Of a stretch of DNA of 64,000 nucleotides, positions 35,791 through 48,208 are shown piece after piece; the stretch's first letter is position 1, and the number at the start of each line of letters is the position of its first letter. The translations under genes and the position numbers were made by a program. Source of the DNA: Nemertoderma westbladi (taxonomy: Eukaryota; Animalia; Xenacoelomorpha). The notes beneath the pieces are model-generated. The model did not search any database. It was not told the DNA's origin and worked only from the letters and a program-made list of their open reading frames with translations. The stretch covers positions 1 through 64,000 of the forward strand of contig JAUCBJ010007602.1 of the NCBI GenBank assembly GCA_032718475.1, in the 5' to 3' direction.

Positions 35791-36957
35791 ATTCCGCATT
35801 CCCGTCGGAGAATGGGAGTTTTCCGAATGAGGTATACTATCTCGACTATATTGATGTGGGATACCTGCACTACCTTCTCTAGAATGATTAGAGTCACCAC
35901 TTCGATAATAAGTTGGTTGATTTATTCTCCATGAACAATACTCTGGACCTGCACACTTAGTTGCCTTTTGTCCAAATCTCCAGTGGTACCAACAATGTTT
36001 TCCAGCTGGATTACAAGAACGTGAACTTGATCGTGGTCTACTATAATTTCTGATTGAAGAATTTGATGGACTTCGTTGACCATAATAATTGTTACTCCTA
36101 CTTCTTGTAGGTGACCTGCCTCGATGATTTTGTGTTTGAAGACTTTCTACAGCTTGGGTTAACTTATTTATTTGTCTTACCATATCATCTCTCCATGGGT
36201 TTGTAACTGCATTATCTGCGGCTACCTGTACAGCTGATACACCTTGATGAGTACTTAGTTGAATATTCTCCATCATCCTATCTGCTATTTCAGCTAACTT
36301 AGTTAATGACACACCCTCTAGAGACACTAATGATAACCTTATGGGTTCAGGTAAAATTTCTAGAAATCTTATTTTAACAATGTTTTCATTGTTGGGTGCT
36401 AACCTTTGAAGTTTACGGAGGGCAACTGATGGTTTGGTGTCCCCTAAATAATGTTCTTTAAGTAATTGTTTCAGTCGCCTGTCTGCACTATCATCAAAGT
36501 GGGTTATTAGACTTTCCTTGATTATGTTAAAATTATCAGTAACACATGCACCACTTTCAAATAATACATTGGTAGGTATTGCAGAAAGTAAGCTTGCCTT
36601 TTTAACATTTTCATTACAGTTATCCAAAATTTGTTCAATTTGATCAAACCACACACGGGTATCCTTCTCATAGAAAATTGGCAGTTTTATAGGCCTACTA
36701 CTTGTATCTGGATCAGTATGTGCTGATGAAACATTGTGTAACGGTATATTCGACTGAGGTTGAGGAATGTGAACTTGAGTTTGGTGGATATGACTTAATG
36801 CCAATTTTACAGCATTTTGGTTTTCCATTTTTAATATCTCTATTATTTCACTTTTTGTTTTCTTTGATGTATTATCTGGATGGTAATCTGGATCCCCTTC
36901 ATTTAAAATCTCCAGTGCCATTTCTAAAGTTGATTTGTTTATGTGATCGTAATTCAT
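35779..36957 (-). CDS. Gypsy Gag
   Basis: IKLPIFYEKDTRVWFDQIE, LGDTKPSVALRKL, LAEIADRMME, and the CWYHWRFGQKATKC knuckle variant. Confidence 0.9.
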   Translation of the reverse strand: MNYDHINKSTLEMALEILNEGDPDYHPDNTSKKTKSEIIEILKMENQNAVKLALSHIHQTQVHIPQPQSNIPLHNVSSAHTDPDTSSRPIKLPIFYEKDTRVWFDQIEQILDNCNENVKKASLLSAIPTNVLFESGACVTDNFNIIKESLITHFDDSADRRLKQLLKEHYLGDTKPSVALRKLQRLAPNNENIVKIRFLEILPEPIRLSLVSLEGVSLTKLAEIADRMMENIQLSTHQGVSAVQVAADNAVTNPWRDDMVRQINKLTQAVESLQTQNHRGRSPTRSRSNNYYGQRSPSNSSIRNYSRPRSSSRSCNPAGKHCWYHWRFGQKATKCAGPEYCSWRINQPTYYRSGDSNHSREGSAGIPHQYSRDSIPHSENSHSPTGMRNPSE

Positions 36958-37420
36958 TTTTCTTTTTTATCTTTGTCAGGTTGTAGGGCAGTAGGTAGGC
37001 AGTTAGGGTAGGTTTCCCAACTGGTGGTAGGCCAGTATGCAGTAGGCAGATTGTTGTATCAGCCCCTGTCCGTATATATCATAATGCAACAGCAGGCTGG
37101 CAGGCCTATTACAATATCATAATACAGCAATATTACAATCAAAATTTCGCTTTTTTTTTCGAGTATTTTTTTTAGCGGCCTACCGGTACTGCGGTAGTTT
37201 GAATATTTTATTGACTGATTGAGTCAGTAGGCAGGTAGGCCTAATACCGGGTAGCTATTATACGGTATACGTCACTGTAGCATTCAGTCGTCTTACCATA
37301 CACAATGCAGCAATGTATAATTGTAGTTTTACAGGTTCCGAATGCAATTTTCCAAGTTTAGTTGTGTTGACCATTGTTCAGTAGTTCCTCTACATTTCAT
37401 CGCTCGCATCCTGTCGCATC

Positions 37421-37435
37421 TCGTCTGGGTCACCA
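37421..37435 (-). promoter_or_regulatory. Primer-binding site, tRNA-Trp-like
   Basis: Minus strand reads TGGTGACCCAGACGA, 4 nt inside the 5' LTR. This is close to the complement of the tRNA-Trp 3' end (TGGTGACCCCGACG). Confidence 0.75.
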
Positions 37436-37439
37436 TTTG

Positions 37440-37703
37440 TGTGGGCTTCCCCTTTCCTGGGTAATGGATATATATAAAAATCAATAACAATGAATGACTG
37501 AATGTATGAATAATGTAATCCCTGAATCCGGTATCATATAACTGAATGTCAGTACAATGCAATACAGCAATAATATATATATATATAGATCTATAACGGA
37601 CCGGTACCGTACTGCAATACAATGCAATAACTGAATGTCTAATCATTTCCCTATATCATAATAAAAATGTATGTACTGTATGATAAAAATATATAACCTT
37701 ACA
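37440..37703 (-). repeat. 5' LTR of the Gypsy element
   Basis: Direct copy of 28131-28394. Confidence 0.95.
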
Positions 37704-37708
37704 AAACC

Positions 37709-39208
37709 CTTAAATAAAGTTTATAGTACTAAAAAAATTCCTAATATGAATAAAATTTATAAACACAACTAAATAACAATATAAATTTATGTATAGATAA
37801 TTAATTAATATAACAGATGATGCCAAAAAAATCGCAGTCGACCGTATTTGCTTTTTACTCATTCGACACTTCTAACACATCATAGACTATCCTATCTTAT
37901 ACTCTATCCTCCGATCATAACCTATCCTATCCTATCCTATACTCTATCCTCCTATCATAACCTATCCTATCCTATCCTATCCTCTATCCTCCTATCATAC
38001 CCTATCCTATCCTATACTCTATCCTCCTATCATACCCTATCCTATCCTATACTCTATCCTCCGATCATATCCTATACTCTATCCTCCTAACCTACCCTAC
38101 CCTATCCTAACCCTATCCTATCTAACCCTATTCTAATCTAACTATATCCTTGTCCCATCCCTTCCTCTGAAATATCCATCCACACTAACCTGATGAGCAT
38201 CCGTTCACTAACAATGCTATTAGGCTACCCTCCTTTACCTATATATATGTTACATTCATATTTATATATATACTGATATATATTACAATAATTATTATGT
38301 GTGCATTTATTATAATGTATATGTTTATATGGGTAATAATAAACAATCATAAATAGATTTAATTCCGTCAACCAATCTATTACCTGGGCCTAGTATCGGA
38401 TCTATTATTGTTGATATATTTAGGTCGAAATCAATTTTGGCTCTTATGCTGCAGTTTCTCTATATGAGATCCAAGTAATTAATTGTTATTATTGGACGGA
38501 TCCAATTGTTGTTAGACGGATCCAATTGTTGTTAGACGGATCCAATTGTTGGATGTTGGACGGATCCAATTGTTGGATGTTGGACGGATCCAATTGTTGG
38601 ATGTTGGACGGATGCAATTGTTGGATGTTGGACGGATCCAATTGTTGGATGTTGGACGGATCCAATTGTTGGATGTCCTTATTTCTCACATGTGTTTGTG
38701 TGTTTGTTTGTACACGCACAACTTCATTCATAATGTTGATGGAATTGCATGAAACTTTGATGATAGGTTCATTATCGGACCTAGTTGTGTATGCTAGGTT
38801 TTGGATGTGTCGGACCTGTAGGTTGCTTAGCAACAGTGAAATTAATTATAGAATGACAGATCATAATCGTAGAATTCACTCAATCAAAATTATATTGGAC
38901 ACACTTTCTGCAAAATGTAGCCTAGTGGTCAGCTGCTGATGATTGTTGCATTGAATAGATTACTGTAGATGATGTAAATACGTTTATCACTAATATGTTT
39001 GTCACTATCTGTGAACCAACTGCCCGATCCAAATTCCTCCACTAGAGGATCGCGAATCTCCCGCCCACCCATTTTCTTTCACTCTTTGATCTTCTCTTCA
39101 TTTCTTCCGTTTTCTACGACTGATATATATTTTTCCGCACCCGAGATGGGAAGCCTTTTACGTATTTTAAATGTAAATGTATTTAATGGGGTTTTCATAA
39201 ATGTTCTG
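37709..39208. repeat. 1.65-kb segment, copy 2 (continuation after the Gypsy insertion)
   Basis: Colinear with about 23850-25429, with a longer (CCTAT)n tract and a shorter 24-bp array. Confidence 0.9.
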
Positions 39209-41499
39209 GGTTGTCTAATTATTTAATTTTAAAAGGTAAAATCTCACAGAAATGTTGGTAAACGATGTCGCAAGAGATGATGAGATCTACCATTGCCAAA
39301 TCCGTGCCACTAAAGGTTATTCAGTTAAGAAGGAGAGAACGAACCCGTATAAGCGAACCGAGTGAGGTAATCATATTAACTCTCTGGTATTCGCATATTC
39401 CAAAAGGGAATTTGTGATACTTCAGTTTCACTTACTATTTCATAAGGTAGACAATTATTGTTGTGTTTCCAACTAACCAATGACGAAGTTTCTTAGAGGG
39501 CAGCATGTTCCCACCATGATGGCACTACTACAGTGGTGCTCCCATTTCATTCCCCCACTGTGATATCCTGTCAAATCAGAAACATCCTGTTACAATGAAA
39601 CTTCATAAGGCGAACCATCAAAGCGCGACCTGTTCATTGGGTAAGTAAATTACGAAAGAGTTATCAAAAATACAAATATACTCTGTCACACATAGAACAC
39701 ATTCTTTGATGAAAGTTGATTTCAATCCGGTATAGGCTTTATATATTAATGTTAATTTCCTTGTGGACAATTTCACATTAAAAGCTAAGGTTTCGCGTGT
39801 TTGATATTTATTTAATTACGCGTATGCTATTTAGTTACACACCGAATAAAAGTTACAGCATGTGTAAAATATTTAATCATTTACTCGCTATCAGTCACCA
39901 GAAAAGTTACATTGAACGTCAATATATTAGTGTGAATGAAGAATGTATGTAGGTTATTCCTAAAACTTTTACTTGATCAAAAATTATACATCAGTTGATA
40001 TGGTTTTTTAATTAGTTCAGTTTTCCCATATGGATTAAATATTGAATAAAATACTGAAACAGGAAATTTGTGGGTGTTTTATATATAGCATAACTTGATA
40101 AAATGTATATATTAATTTAATAATAATTAAATTAAATAATAAATTTATATCTATTATTTTGCTTAGTTAACACCGCGAGTGTGAAAATTGTTATGAACGT
40201 AAAGTTCAATAGAATATTAAACAAATGAGTTAAAAAGCAGCTATTTCAGGTTATCAATTAAATTTGGAATACTTTGATCATAAGAAATTGTTTATTATTT
40301 TTATTATTTCGTATAAAATATATTTAATACACTGTATTTATTTGTACATTACTAAGCTTACAAAGCTTACTAAGCTTACAAAATAAGCAAGGTATTTTCC
40401 TATTTATTAACTTCACAAAAAATAATGCACAAAAATATAAACAGTTGTAGTTATTGTGTGTACTATTACTACTAACTACTGTAAATCAAATAAGTAAGTA
40501 TTAGTTAGACTGTAAAATAATTTTATTACAAAATTTTAACAAAACTCAACGCCGTTAGTATTAACAGCGAGTTGTTATTTAGCATTTTACAACTTTAGAG
40601 GACATTACAGTATCGTATTGGCCTGTACATTTAGTATTGTATTTGGTGTTTTAATGTTATTGTTTTGGTGTTGTAATGTCGCTTTTTTATGTGATATCCA
40701 ATGACGGCGAGCTGTAAAGTTACGACGTCATTGGCTACAACGTAAACAATAGGTGGTATTTATTATTAATTGCCTGACAGCCAGATAGGCCTACTGCATT
40801 ACCTACCGGTAGCTATTAATAACCAGTAGCTATAAACTATTAACATGGCTCCAAACGCCACCATAAATATAAGCTAACTTATTTATAACATAATTTATGT
40901 CATTTTTACATTTATTTATACAGCAACTAATTTAAGTTGTGCAGTTTCTATCACGTATAATATACATACAATCATTTCATAATGTTACAATTTTGGAATA
41001 AAACTACATACATACTTGTTGCAAAGTACTTTACAGCGTTCTGATCCTCGTGGCTTTATTTTCACTCACTCACTACGTTCGTTCGTGTAACAAAAGCTAC
41101 TTTACACACAAATATGTAAATAGTTATAAACCGAAATAAAATATAATCCCTCCCTAGACAACTAATACAACGTAACATAGACAATGTAGCAGCGGTAGTG
41201 TAGTACTGCTCTATACACCCCACTCATTGGTTTACTAACTTGCTTTTGAAATTGAAGATGTTTTAGAACATCACCTATGCTATATCAAATTATAAAATTT
41301 TCTAGAAGAACATTTTCTAGAAGATCTTCTTTCTAAGAGATAGGGACATTTTATGATTTTCAAACAGGCATTTCCTGTTGGAAACTACTACTACAATGGG
41401 CCTGTTGCAGCTGTGTATACTCGTGCTGAAGCGGGGTTTATGACTATGGATCCAATGTATTTTAAAACGGTGTTCTTGAAACATAAAACTATGAAAGAT

Positions 41500-42420
41500 G
41501 TTATCGAGATTTTTCACAAAACGAATAGGCTGCTATAATTGAGATGATCGACCTTGAGCCACAACTCGTTAACTTTATCACTACACTGTTACTTTGGAAT
41601 TACATAATAGTATGATAACGCACACCAAATCAACCGACTCTATAGGGTTCGAACCCCTTATTTACCTAGGTTTAAGACTTCCGTTTACAATTAGCTGAGT
41701 GTGTTGTGTCTAAGACCATGCTTGGTCTTAGACACAACACACTGAAAGCCAACTATTTTTCATTTCTTCATTTCCTCATATTTCTTCATCCGTCGGTCCA
41801 GGTAGCTCAGTGGTTTTAGACACAACACATCTGGATCTGAAGATAACCGCAAATTTGAAACCTAGGCACCGGGTTCGAGCCCTAATAATAGTTGATATTT
41901 TTCGCCCTGAAAAGCTTTGATACCTTCAAAATTTGATTTTAGAACAAGGAGTTATTGATATATTAATCGAAATATAAAGGCTGGTCAAACATCAATATTA
42001 TATCCTCTTATGCAAAATAGGCTAATAAACTATAAGGAATACCTCTAATCACGCCGTCCTATCACGAGTGATCAGGGAAACACCATGATCGGTTTAGTCA
42101 TAATAATTAGTCATAATGACACTGGGTCAAGAATAGACTCGTGATTGTAGACATTATTTCCAAACTAGAAGTAGAGTGATTCCCAAGATATTGCACAAAA
42201 TGAACAGGACTCAAACAAACTATACAGTTTGTGATGTATAAATACCTTACAGAAGATTTAAAAATATGATCATTTGACCCTGACATACAGTAGTTGGTGA
42301 AAAGTAAAAACACTTTCATAGTAATAGTGCAGTGATAATGTTATTGAGGTGTGGCTCAAGGTCGGATCATCTCAATTATAACAGCCTAAGGTATTCTTTT
42401 TGTGAAAATTCTGGATAACA
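41500..42420. repeat. Nested inverted repeats (MITE-like) with tRNA-derived SINE-like pieces
   Basis: About 41500-41590 is inverted at about 42325-42420. There is a perfect 21-bp-stem hairpin at 41698-41743. An A-box-like TAGCTCAGTGG (about 41803) and a B-box-like GGTTCGAGCC (about 41871) are mirrored at about 41645. Confidence 0.55.
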
Positions 42421-42986
42421 TTATCACTCCACTCTTACTTTGGAAGCGTGACTTTGGTCGATTGAAACTCTAATTTTGGGTTTAGCTGGCCGTCATGTTA
42501 TATGCAATACTCTGAAATTAATAGTTTTACTCCTAATCTGAAGGTGTCTAAGTAGTATATTTTGCATTGAATTCACATCTCTTTGGAGGTCGTGGGTTCA
42601 AACCCGCATAGGCCAGTGCAGTTTTAGTTTCGGCACGAATGCTTTGAAGGGACTAGCCAGTGCACAAATCTGCCTTGCATCCTTAAATTGTAGCATTTAA
42701 TATATAACATTTAATATAATAGTTACTGTTTAACATGAAATTTATTAATAAAAAATAAATAATTAAATTAAATTTTTTTTAATTGAATTGTAATTGTTTG
42801 GTTTAATTTAAATAAATTATATGGAATATATTAAGAGTAAATTGTGTTATTGATGACAGATAATTATCTAATTATGATTTCGTATAATGGATGATCGATT
42901 GATTGTAAATACAAAGTAAATTATAATAAAACATATTTTATTACAACTGAAAGCGCCGAGGTTTGTAATAATAAAACAGGTCAATA

Positions 42987-45230
42987 TTGATCTCATTGAT
43001 AGCGAATATCATGAATGGATTCGATTTCACCGGTTCTTTACTGGTGGTATTTGGAAGTGCCAACATACTCAGTGTATATTATGTCATATTCACAAATAAA
43101 TTTCTTCAAAAAACGCCAAATTATTTCGTCGCGAATTTAGTCAGTGTTGACTTATTACAACTGGCCATTCTTATGGTTTTGCTTTGGTTTCCATTAACAA
43201 ACCAATCAATCTGCATTCTCAAGTTGCTCAGCTACACTACTGTCTTGGCGATGGTATATGCCTTGCTCTTTATTGCTATGGACAGATGGTACTATATAAC
43301 TAAACCCTTACGTTATCGTCTACATATCACGAAGATCAAGGCTTTAGGTCTCATTGCCTTAATGTGGTTGGCTTATATCTGCCAATTTGTTGTTATACTA
43401 TCAATACATGACAATGCTAACACGGAAGCTATTGTCATCATTGCTGAGTGTACCAATGCTATCCCCAACTGGCTAGCCTGTTGTCTGATTGCTCAGACAT
43501 TTATCATCTACCTGACTATAGCTAGCCTCTACGTTATTATATTCAAACTAGCCTATCGAGAACAGAAACGTCGCGGTCGATTTTCAAAGACTCAAAGTTT
43601 GACTTTGACACCAATTTATAAGCGATCCAGACAAAACTCAACTGTGTCGTTAAGTGAACAAGGAAGAACTTTGGAAAGTTTTCGAAAGTTTCGACGTAAT
43701 TTCTCTGATAATTTCAATGCCATGCGGCAGAGTGGAAGCCAAGTAATACATTCAGATGAAGTGCCAGAGAACATAACTCAACTTGCACGCAGTTGTGAAA
43801 ACGTATCAGTACTAGATACTGCCTCTTCTAATACCACTTCTATGTCTCAGGCCGATAACGGAAAAGCTAATAATGGCAAGGTGTGTTATACCAAAACAAG
43901 AAATGTTTGGTATAATGCAATTATGAATACAACAGGAAATGAGGTTGGTTTACTGAAGCGTCGTATTTCATTGCCATTTATGTCCATGGCACAAAAGTAT
44001 CGAGAAAAACGAAGGAATTCCCTGCAAATTCCAAAGCTTGTTGTTGAAATGGTAACATTTTACGACTGTAGTACCGAGACCTCAAAAACATGTGATACTG
44101 ACACTACTGACAATCATGATGAGACTCACTATTTAGGGAACAATCTGTCAACAATAATGAGTGAAGAAAATTCATCATTGTCTCTTTGTCCAATGAATGA
44201 TTCAGTTTCAAATGAGTCATTGTTAAGACCAAATCAATCTACATCCAAAGAAACTCAGGACGAGCGCCTATTAACTCCGAATTCTGGAAGCAGATTAATT
44301 ATCCCAAATCAGCAAACTGCATCGAAATCTTTCCTAGTCGGCTCATATTGTAAGACTGACCAAATACAATGTGCTATAAGTAAATCTATTCCCAACTCTG
44401 AAATAATGCCGGATAATTTAGAATCTTTTTCAGTAGTTCCTCCAATGTCAACTGTTTGTAACGAAGCATCAATTGAATGTCTACAAAGGATAACAGAAGA
44501 TGCTTGTGATATTCCAACAAGGGAAACTCAGGGATTTGAGGCTCGAATCATACAAGACCAAAGACACACAGATGAGGTAGATGGCAAGAAATCGGAAATG
44601 CACCAAGACCCGAGTAGAGAAAAAACGCCATCCGTGGTGAATGATGCCACTAAAGATACTGCACAAGGTGCTCAGTCCCAGACTCGAGAACAGTTGACGC
44701 ATAAAGTTGATAATTTAGCATCTACCGCGGAATTTAAAATAAATTCGTATTTATCTCCAAGGATTCATCAAAGGCGAAGGAGCCTTTCGCTTCCAGAAGC
44801 TACCTCGCTTGTGAATATCGAACGTTGCCATACGCTGAATATACCACATACAGGAAGTGGAGGGCTCAATGGTAGATGGCGTTCGGTCCCTTCAATTGAT
44901 CAAATTTCATCAAGAGAATTGAAACGCACCTCGGATATACTAAAAAGATCTATTGATTATGTCATTATTCATATAAAACTGTTGTTTGGGTATTTCGCAG
45001 TAACTTTGAGTTCCTTTATTCTTACAATGTTTTTAATCGGTAGATCCGTATCCATTTACATGGGACATGGAATGGCACATGATTTAATCCTCACGGATAT
45101 TTTTAATTTATTTTTAGCCACTAATTGTGTAGTCGACCCTTTAGTATTTACATTCAGTAGCAATGAGTTTAGAAGAGCATACAGAAGGTGGTTTCGTAGA
45201 CTCTGTAGAAACAGACGGTTTACTTGGTAA
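42987..45230 (+). CDS. Intronless class A (rhodopsin-like) GPCR with a very long third intracellular loop
   Basis: TM1 GSAN, TM2 NYFVANLVSVDLL, TM3 C...AMDRWYYITKPLRY, TM4 W, TM5 LY, about 470-aa Ser/Thr-rich loop, TM6, TM7 NCVVDPLVF, helix 8 EFRRAY. The first ATG is at 43011; the ORF-track start is TTG. Confidence 0.9.
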   Translation: MISLIANIMNGFDFTGSLLVVFGSANILSVYYVIFTNKFLQKTPNYFVANLVSVDLLQLAILMVLLWFPLTNQSICILKLLSYTTVLAMVYALLFIAMDRWYYITKPLRYRLHITKIKALGLIALMWLAYICQFVVILSIHDNANTEAIVIIAECTNAIPNWLACCLIAQTFIIYLTIASLYVIIFKLAYREQKRRGRFSKTQSLTLTPIYKRSRQNSTVSLSEQGRTLESFRKFRRNFSDNFNAMRQSGSQVIHSDEVPENITQLARSCENVSVLDTASSNTTSMSQADNGKANNGKVCYTKTRNVWYNAIMNTTGNEVGLLKRRISLPFMSMAQKYREKRRNSLQIPKLVVEMVTFYDCSTETSKTCDTDTTDNHDETHYLGNNLSTIMSEENSSLSLCPMNDSVSNESLLRPNQSTSKETQDERLLTPNSGSRLIIPNQQTASKSFLVGSYCKTDQIQCAISKSIPNSEIMPDNLESFSVVPPMSTVCNEASIECLQRITEDACDIPTRETQGFEARIIQDQRHTDEVDGKKSEMHQDPSREKTPSVVNDATKDTAQGAQSQTREQLTHKVDNLASTAEFKINSYLSPRIHQRRRSLSLPEATSLVNIERCHTLNIPHTGSGGLNGRWRSVPSIDQISSRELKRTSDILKRSIDYVIIHIKLLFGYFAVTLSSFILTMFLIGRSVSIYMGHGMAHDLILTDIFNLFLATNCVVDPLVFTFSSNEFRRAYRRWFRRLCRNRRFTW

Positions 45231-45957
45231 TTTAGATTCAAGCCGCTGGAAATATATATTGCTTGAGTATATACAAACATATTGACAATGTAGAAGAACC
45301 ACTTATCACATTGAAAATGCAAATAAAGTGAAGAATAATTGTGTTATTGTGACCGTATTTAATTAACAATCAAATATATATATTTCGAAAAGACCCCAGT
45401 GACGAGTTGATTTTCCAAGGGACTCTGGGTGTATGTCCAAATGTATATATGTATATATATACATATGTATAATATTCATCATGTATGATGAATATTACCA
45501 TTTATTAAATAAATTCATGACAATTATTATTTCTCTAGAAAGAAAAGTTTGATATAATATATGCAGTATTGCATCTGAAGTCGGTTTTAGACAGCACATC
45601 GATTTCATTTTGTTTCACTTAGAATGAAATTAAATGTAAGAGGGTAATGCTAAATGCATTGCGATCGTGAATAATCGATGTCCTGATCGATTCGTGGTTT
45701 ATCACAACGTTGTCTTTGCGCATGGAATCGAAGTAAAACCATCTCAGTTTCTGTGTCTAGATCGTCGGTATTGTGTAGATTGATTGGGTGTCCAGTAGTT
45801 ATGAAATCCATATACGTATCATTAGTAGTAGAAGCATATTTCACCTTATATGCTAACAAAAATGCAATGTCCTCCTATAAAAAAAGGAATAAGCATGGTT
45901 CTATTTGGTCATTTTTCCTTACCATATTAAACTTTTGCTTCTGTACAGCTAGCTATA

Positions 45958-46849
45958 CACCATGTCCCGTAATATAGTGTCATTTTCTGATGACATGGAC
46001 ACCCCCCCCCCCCCAGATTTTTCTACAAATCTTTATCATATTGCTTGAACTTTGAAACACAACTAGTTCAACTCGCCGTGGTTGTTACCATGAAGCCGGA
46101 ATTTTCGATATTGCCATTAAATTTTTTTATAAGCGTTTTAAAAAAGTGTCTTTTGCGAAATCGCACCCTCCGTATCGTGGACATTCTTCACTTTAGTCGT
46201 AATTTTTTCATATCATTAGAAAGCTTGCCTTGCAAGGATTCGAAATATGTAACAATATATGAATTTCGTTGAGAAACAGCTGAGAAATAGGCGTTCAAAG
46301 ATTTCAAGAATTATCGTTCGCTGCAGGCCATTTATTCTATTTAATAAATACACAAAATTGTAGAATGTGTTATTTATTTTATAAGTTGGTTGGCAACAGC
46401 GGTATTCCTATCCAATATATCTATTGTGTAGCTATTCATTCTTAAACAAAATGTTCCAGAACATCGTGTATTTATTAAATAGAATAAATGGCCTCCAGCG
46501 AACGATAATTCTTGCAATCTTTGAACTCCTATATTTCAGCTGTTTCTCAACGAAATTCAGGTATTGTTACAAAATTCGAATCCTTGCAACGCAATCTTTC
46601 TAATAATATGATAAAATTACGACTAACGCGAAGAATGGCCATGATACAGAGGGTGCGATTTCGCAAAAGACACTTTTTTAAAACGCTTATAAAATATTTT
46701 TTAAGGCTAAATCGAAAATTCCGGCTTCATGGGGTCATCGACGGTGAGTGGAACTAGTTGTGTTTCAAATTTCAAGCAATATGATAAAGATTTGTAGAAA
46801 AATAATCTCCGTCTCTTCAGAAAATGACACTATATTACGGGACATGGTG
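45958..46849. mobile_element. Tc1/mariner-type MITE, almost entirely palindromic
   Basis: TA|CACCATGTCCCGTAATATAGTGTCATTTTCTGA ... TCAGAAAATGACACTATATTACGGGACATGGTG|TA. The arms stay complementary for about 400 bp. No transposase. Confidence 0.92.
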
Positions 46850-46929
46850 TAATACCTGTCATGCACATACAGCTATCTTATACCTTAGTATACATGAAAG
46901 GGAAGCCTGTTTGCGGCAGCATCGTACAG

Positions 46930-47480
46930 AGGGTTTGCACTAATGAGCTGTATGCTGAAGGTGTATACCGCCATAATGGATTCACGTTTATACGATTGGG
47001 CTGAGTCGCGAGGCTTTTCCCCAATGAACAATATGTGTTCAGAAAAGAACATTCAGAACAGGAGCTGCAAAATGTATTTTCAATCATATTGTAAATGCAC
47101 TCAGTGTGCCCATGGTTTGACCGATTGTGATTTGGTGTCAGTACAAAATTTTTTCTTTGCAAAATTTTGTTCTTTTATATCTTTAAATTTTATATTAGTT
47201 GTGATTGGTAGGCGTATTTCGGAGGAAATTATGCAAATTGTTGGAGTATTGCAGGGTGACAGCTTTCATCTCCCTTATTTGCTATTTTTGGTGCTGACCT
47301 GCCAGCCATCTTGATTGTAAAATTCACGCTTTTGTTTACTTGTACGCCTACAAAAATGAGAAGGCGCAAAATGTTCTTGCTAAATTAGCCGAGTATTGTG
47401 AGGTGAATGACCTTAAAGTCAACGAAACCAAAACTGAAGCAGTCAAGTTTCTTAGAGGTGGACGGCTATCTGCTTGTTAT
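46930..47480 (+). pseudogene. Degenerate non-LTR reverse transcriptase fragment
   Basis: KVYTAIMDSRLYDWAE, GVLQGDS and LKVNETKTE occur in the expected order, with deletions and frameshifts. Confidence 0.7.
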
Positions 47481-48208
47481 AAAGTTAACACGAACTGAAA
47501 TCCAGTAATGATAAGTATACTCTCTATAGCTGAGTAGGGGCACTTACTCCACTCGGTGGTACTCGTCTCATCCCGACCTATATATAATCATGGCCCTCTA
47601 CCCAATATGTATATAACATGCGAATAAATCAGTATGCGTACAGGCGTATCAGCTACAGGATTGTCATACTCGTGCGTATACGAGATTTAATGAGGGATCT
47701 CATGCAACTGGTATCATTCTGAGAAATGGATGGGTTCCAGTATCCTAGCGAGGCATCTATAACACCAACTCTTCTGGGAAAAAGTCAGTATATCCTATAG
47801 CTGATTGGAGCACTCATAGATTGATGTAAATTAATCTTCAAAACCCCATACAAATATCATGGACCTCTACCACTGCATTATATGGTCGAGAAGCCAAATC
47901 CTTGATATCTCAGTCAATACTGTATAAATATTTCAAACACCATTCCAGAAATGGATTTCATTGGCTCAATTTTCATTCAATAGTCATTCATTATATTGGG
48001 TTATGCCCCATAATCATTTCATTCCGGTGTAGAATTTATCTATTATACTAGCAGGCAATACCCGAGGCGGATTACCCGGTATTTCCCACTACCGGTATAG
48101 GCCTACTTGCGTACCGGTACTTGTATAGGCCTACCGGCGTACTGGTATCTGGGACCATTTATTTGCATTATGCGTTATTTGCATGGAGCCCTACTGTTAC
48201 CTCCCAGT

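Larger units (their letters stand above)
28131..37703 (-). mobile_element. Ty3/Gypsy LTR retrotransposon, young, interrupted by a LINE
   Basis: 264-bp LTRs (TG...CA) with only 2 mismatches seen. TSD AAACC at 28126-28130 and 37704-37708; the empty site is visible in the paralogous copy at about 23845. PBS, PPT and PR-RT-RH-IN order are present. Confidence 0.97.

Noticed and set aside
41795-41885. tRNA gene (also at about 42590 and 58287)
   Set aside because: Only A/B-box remnants, no full cloverleaf. Treated as tRNA-derived sequence.
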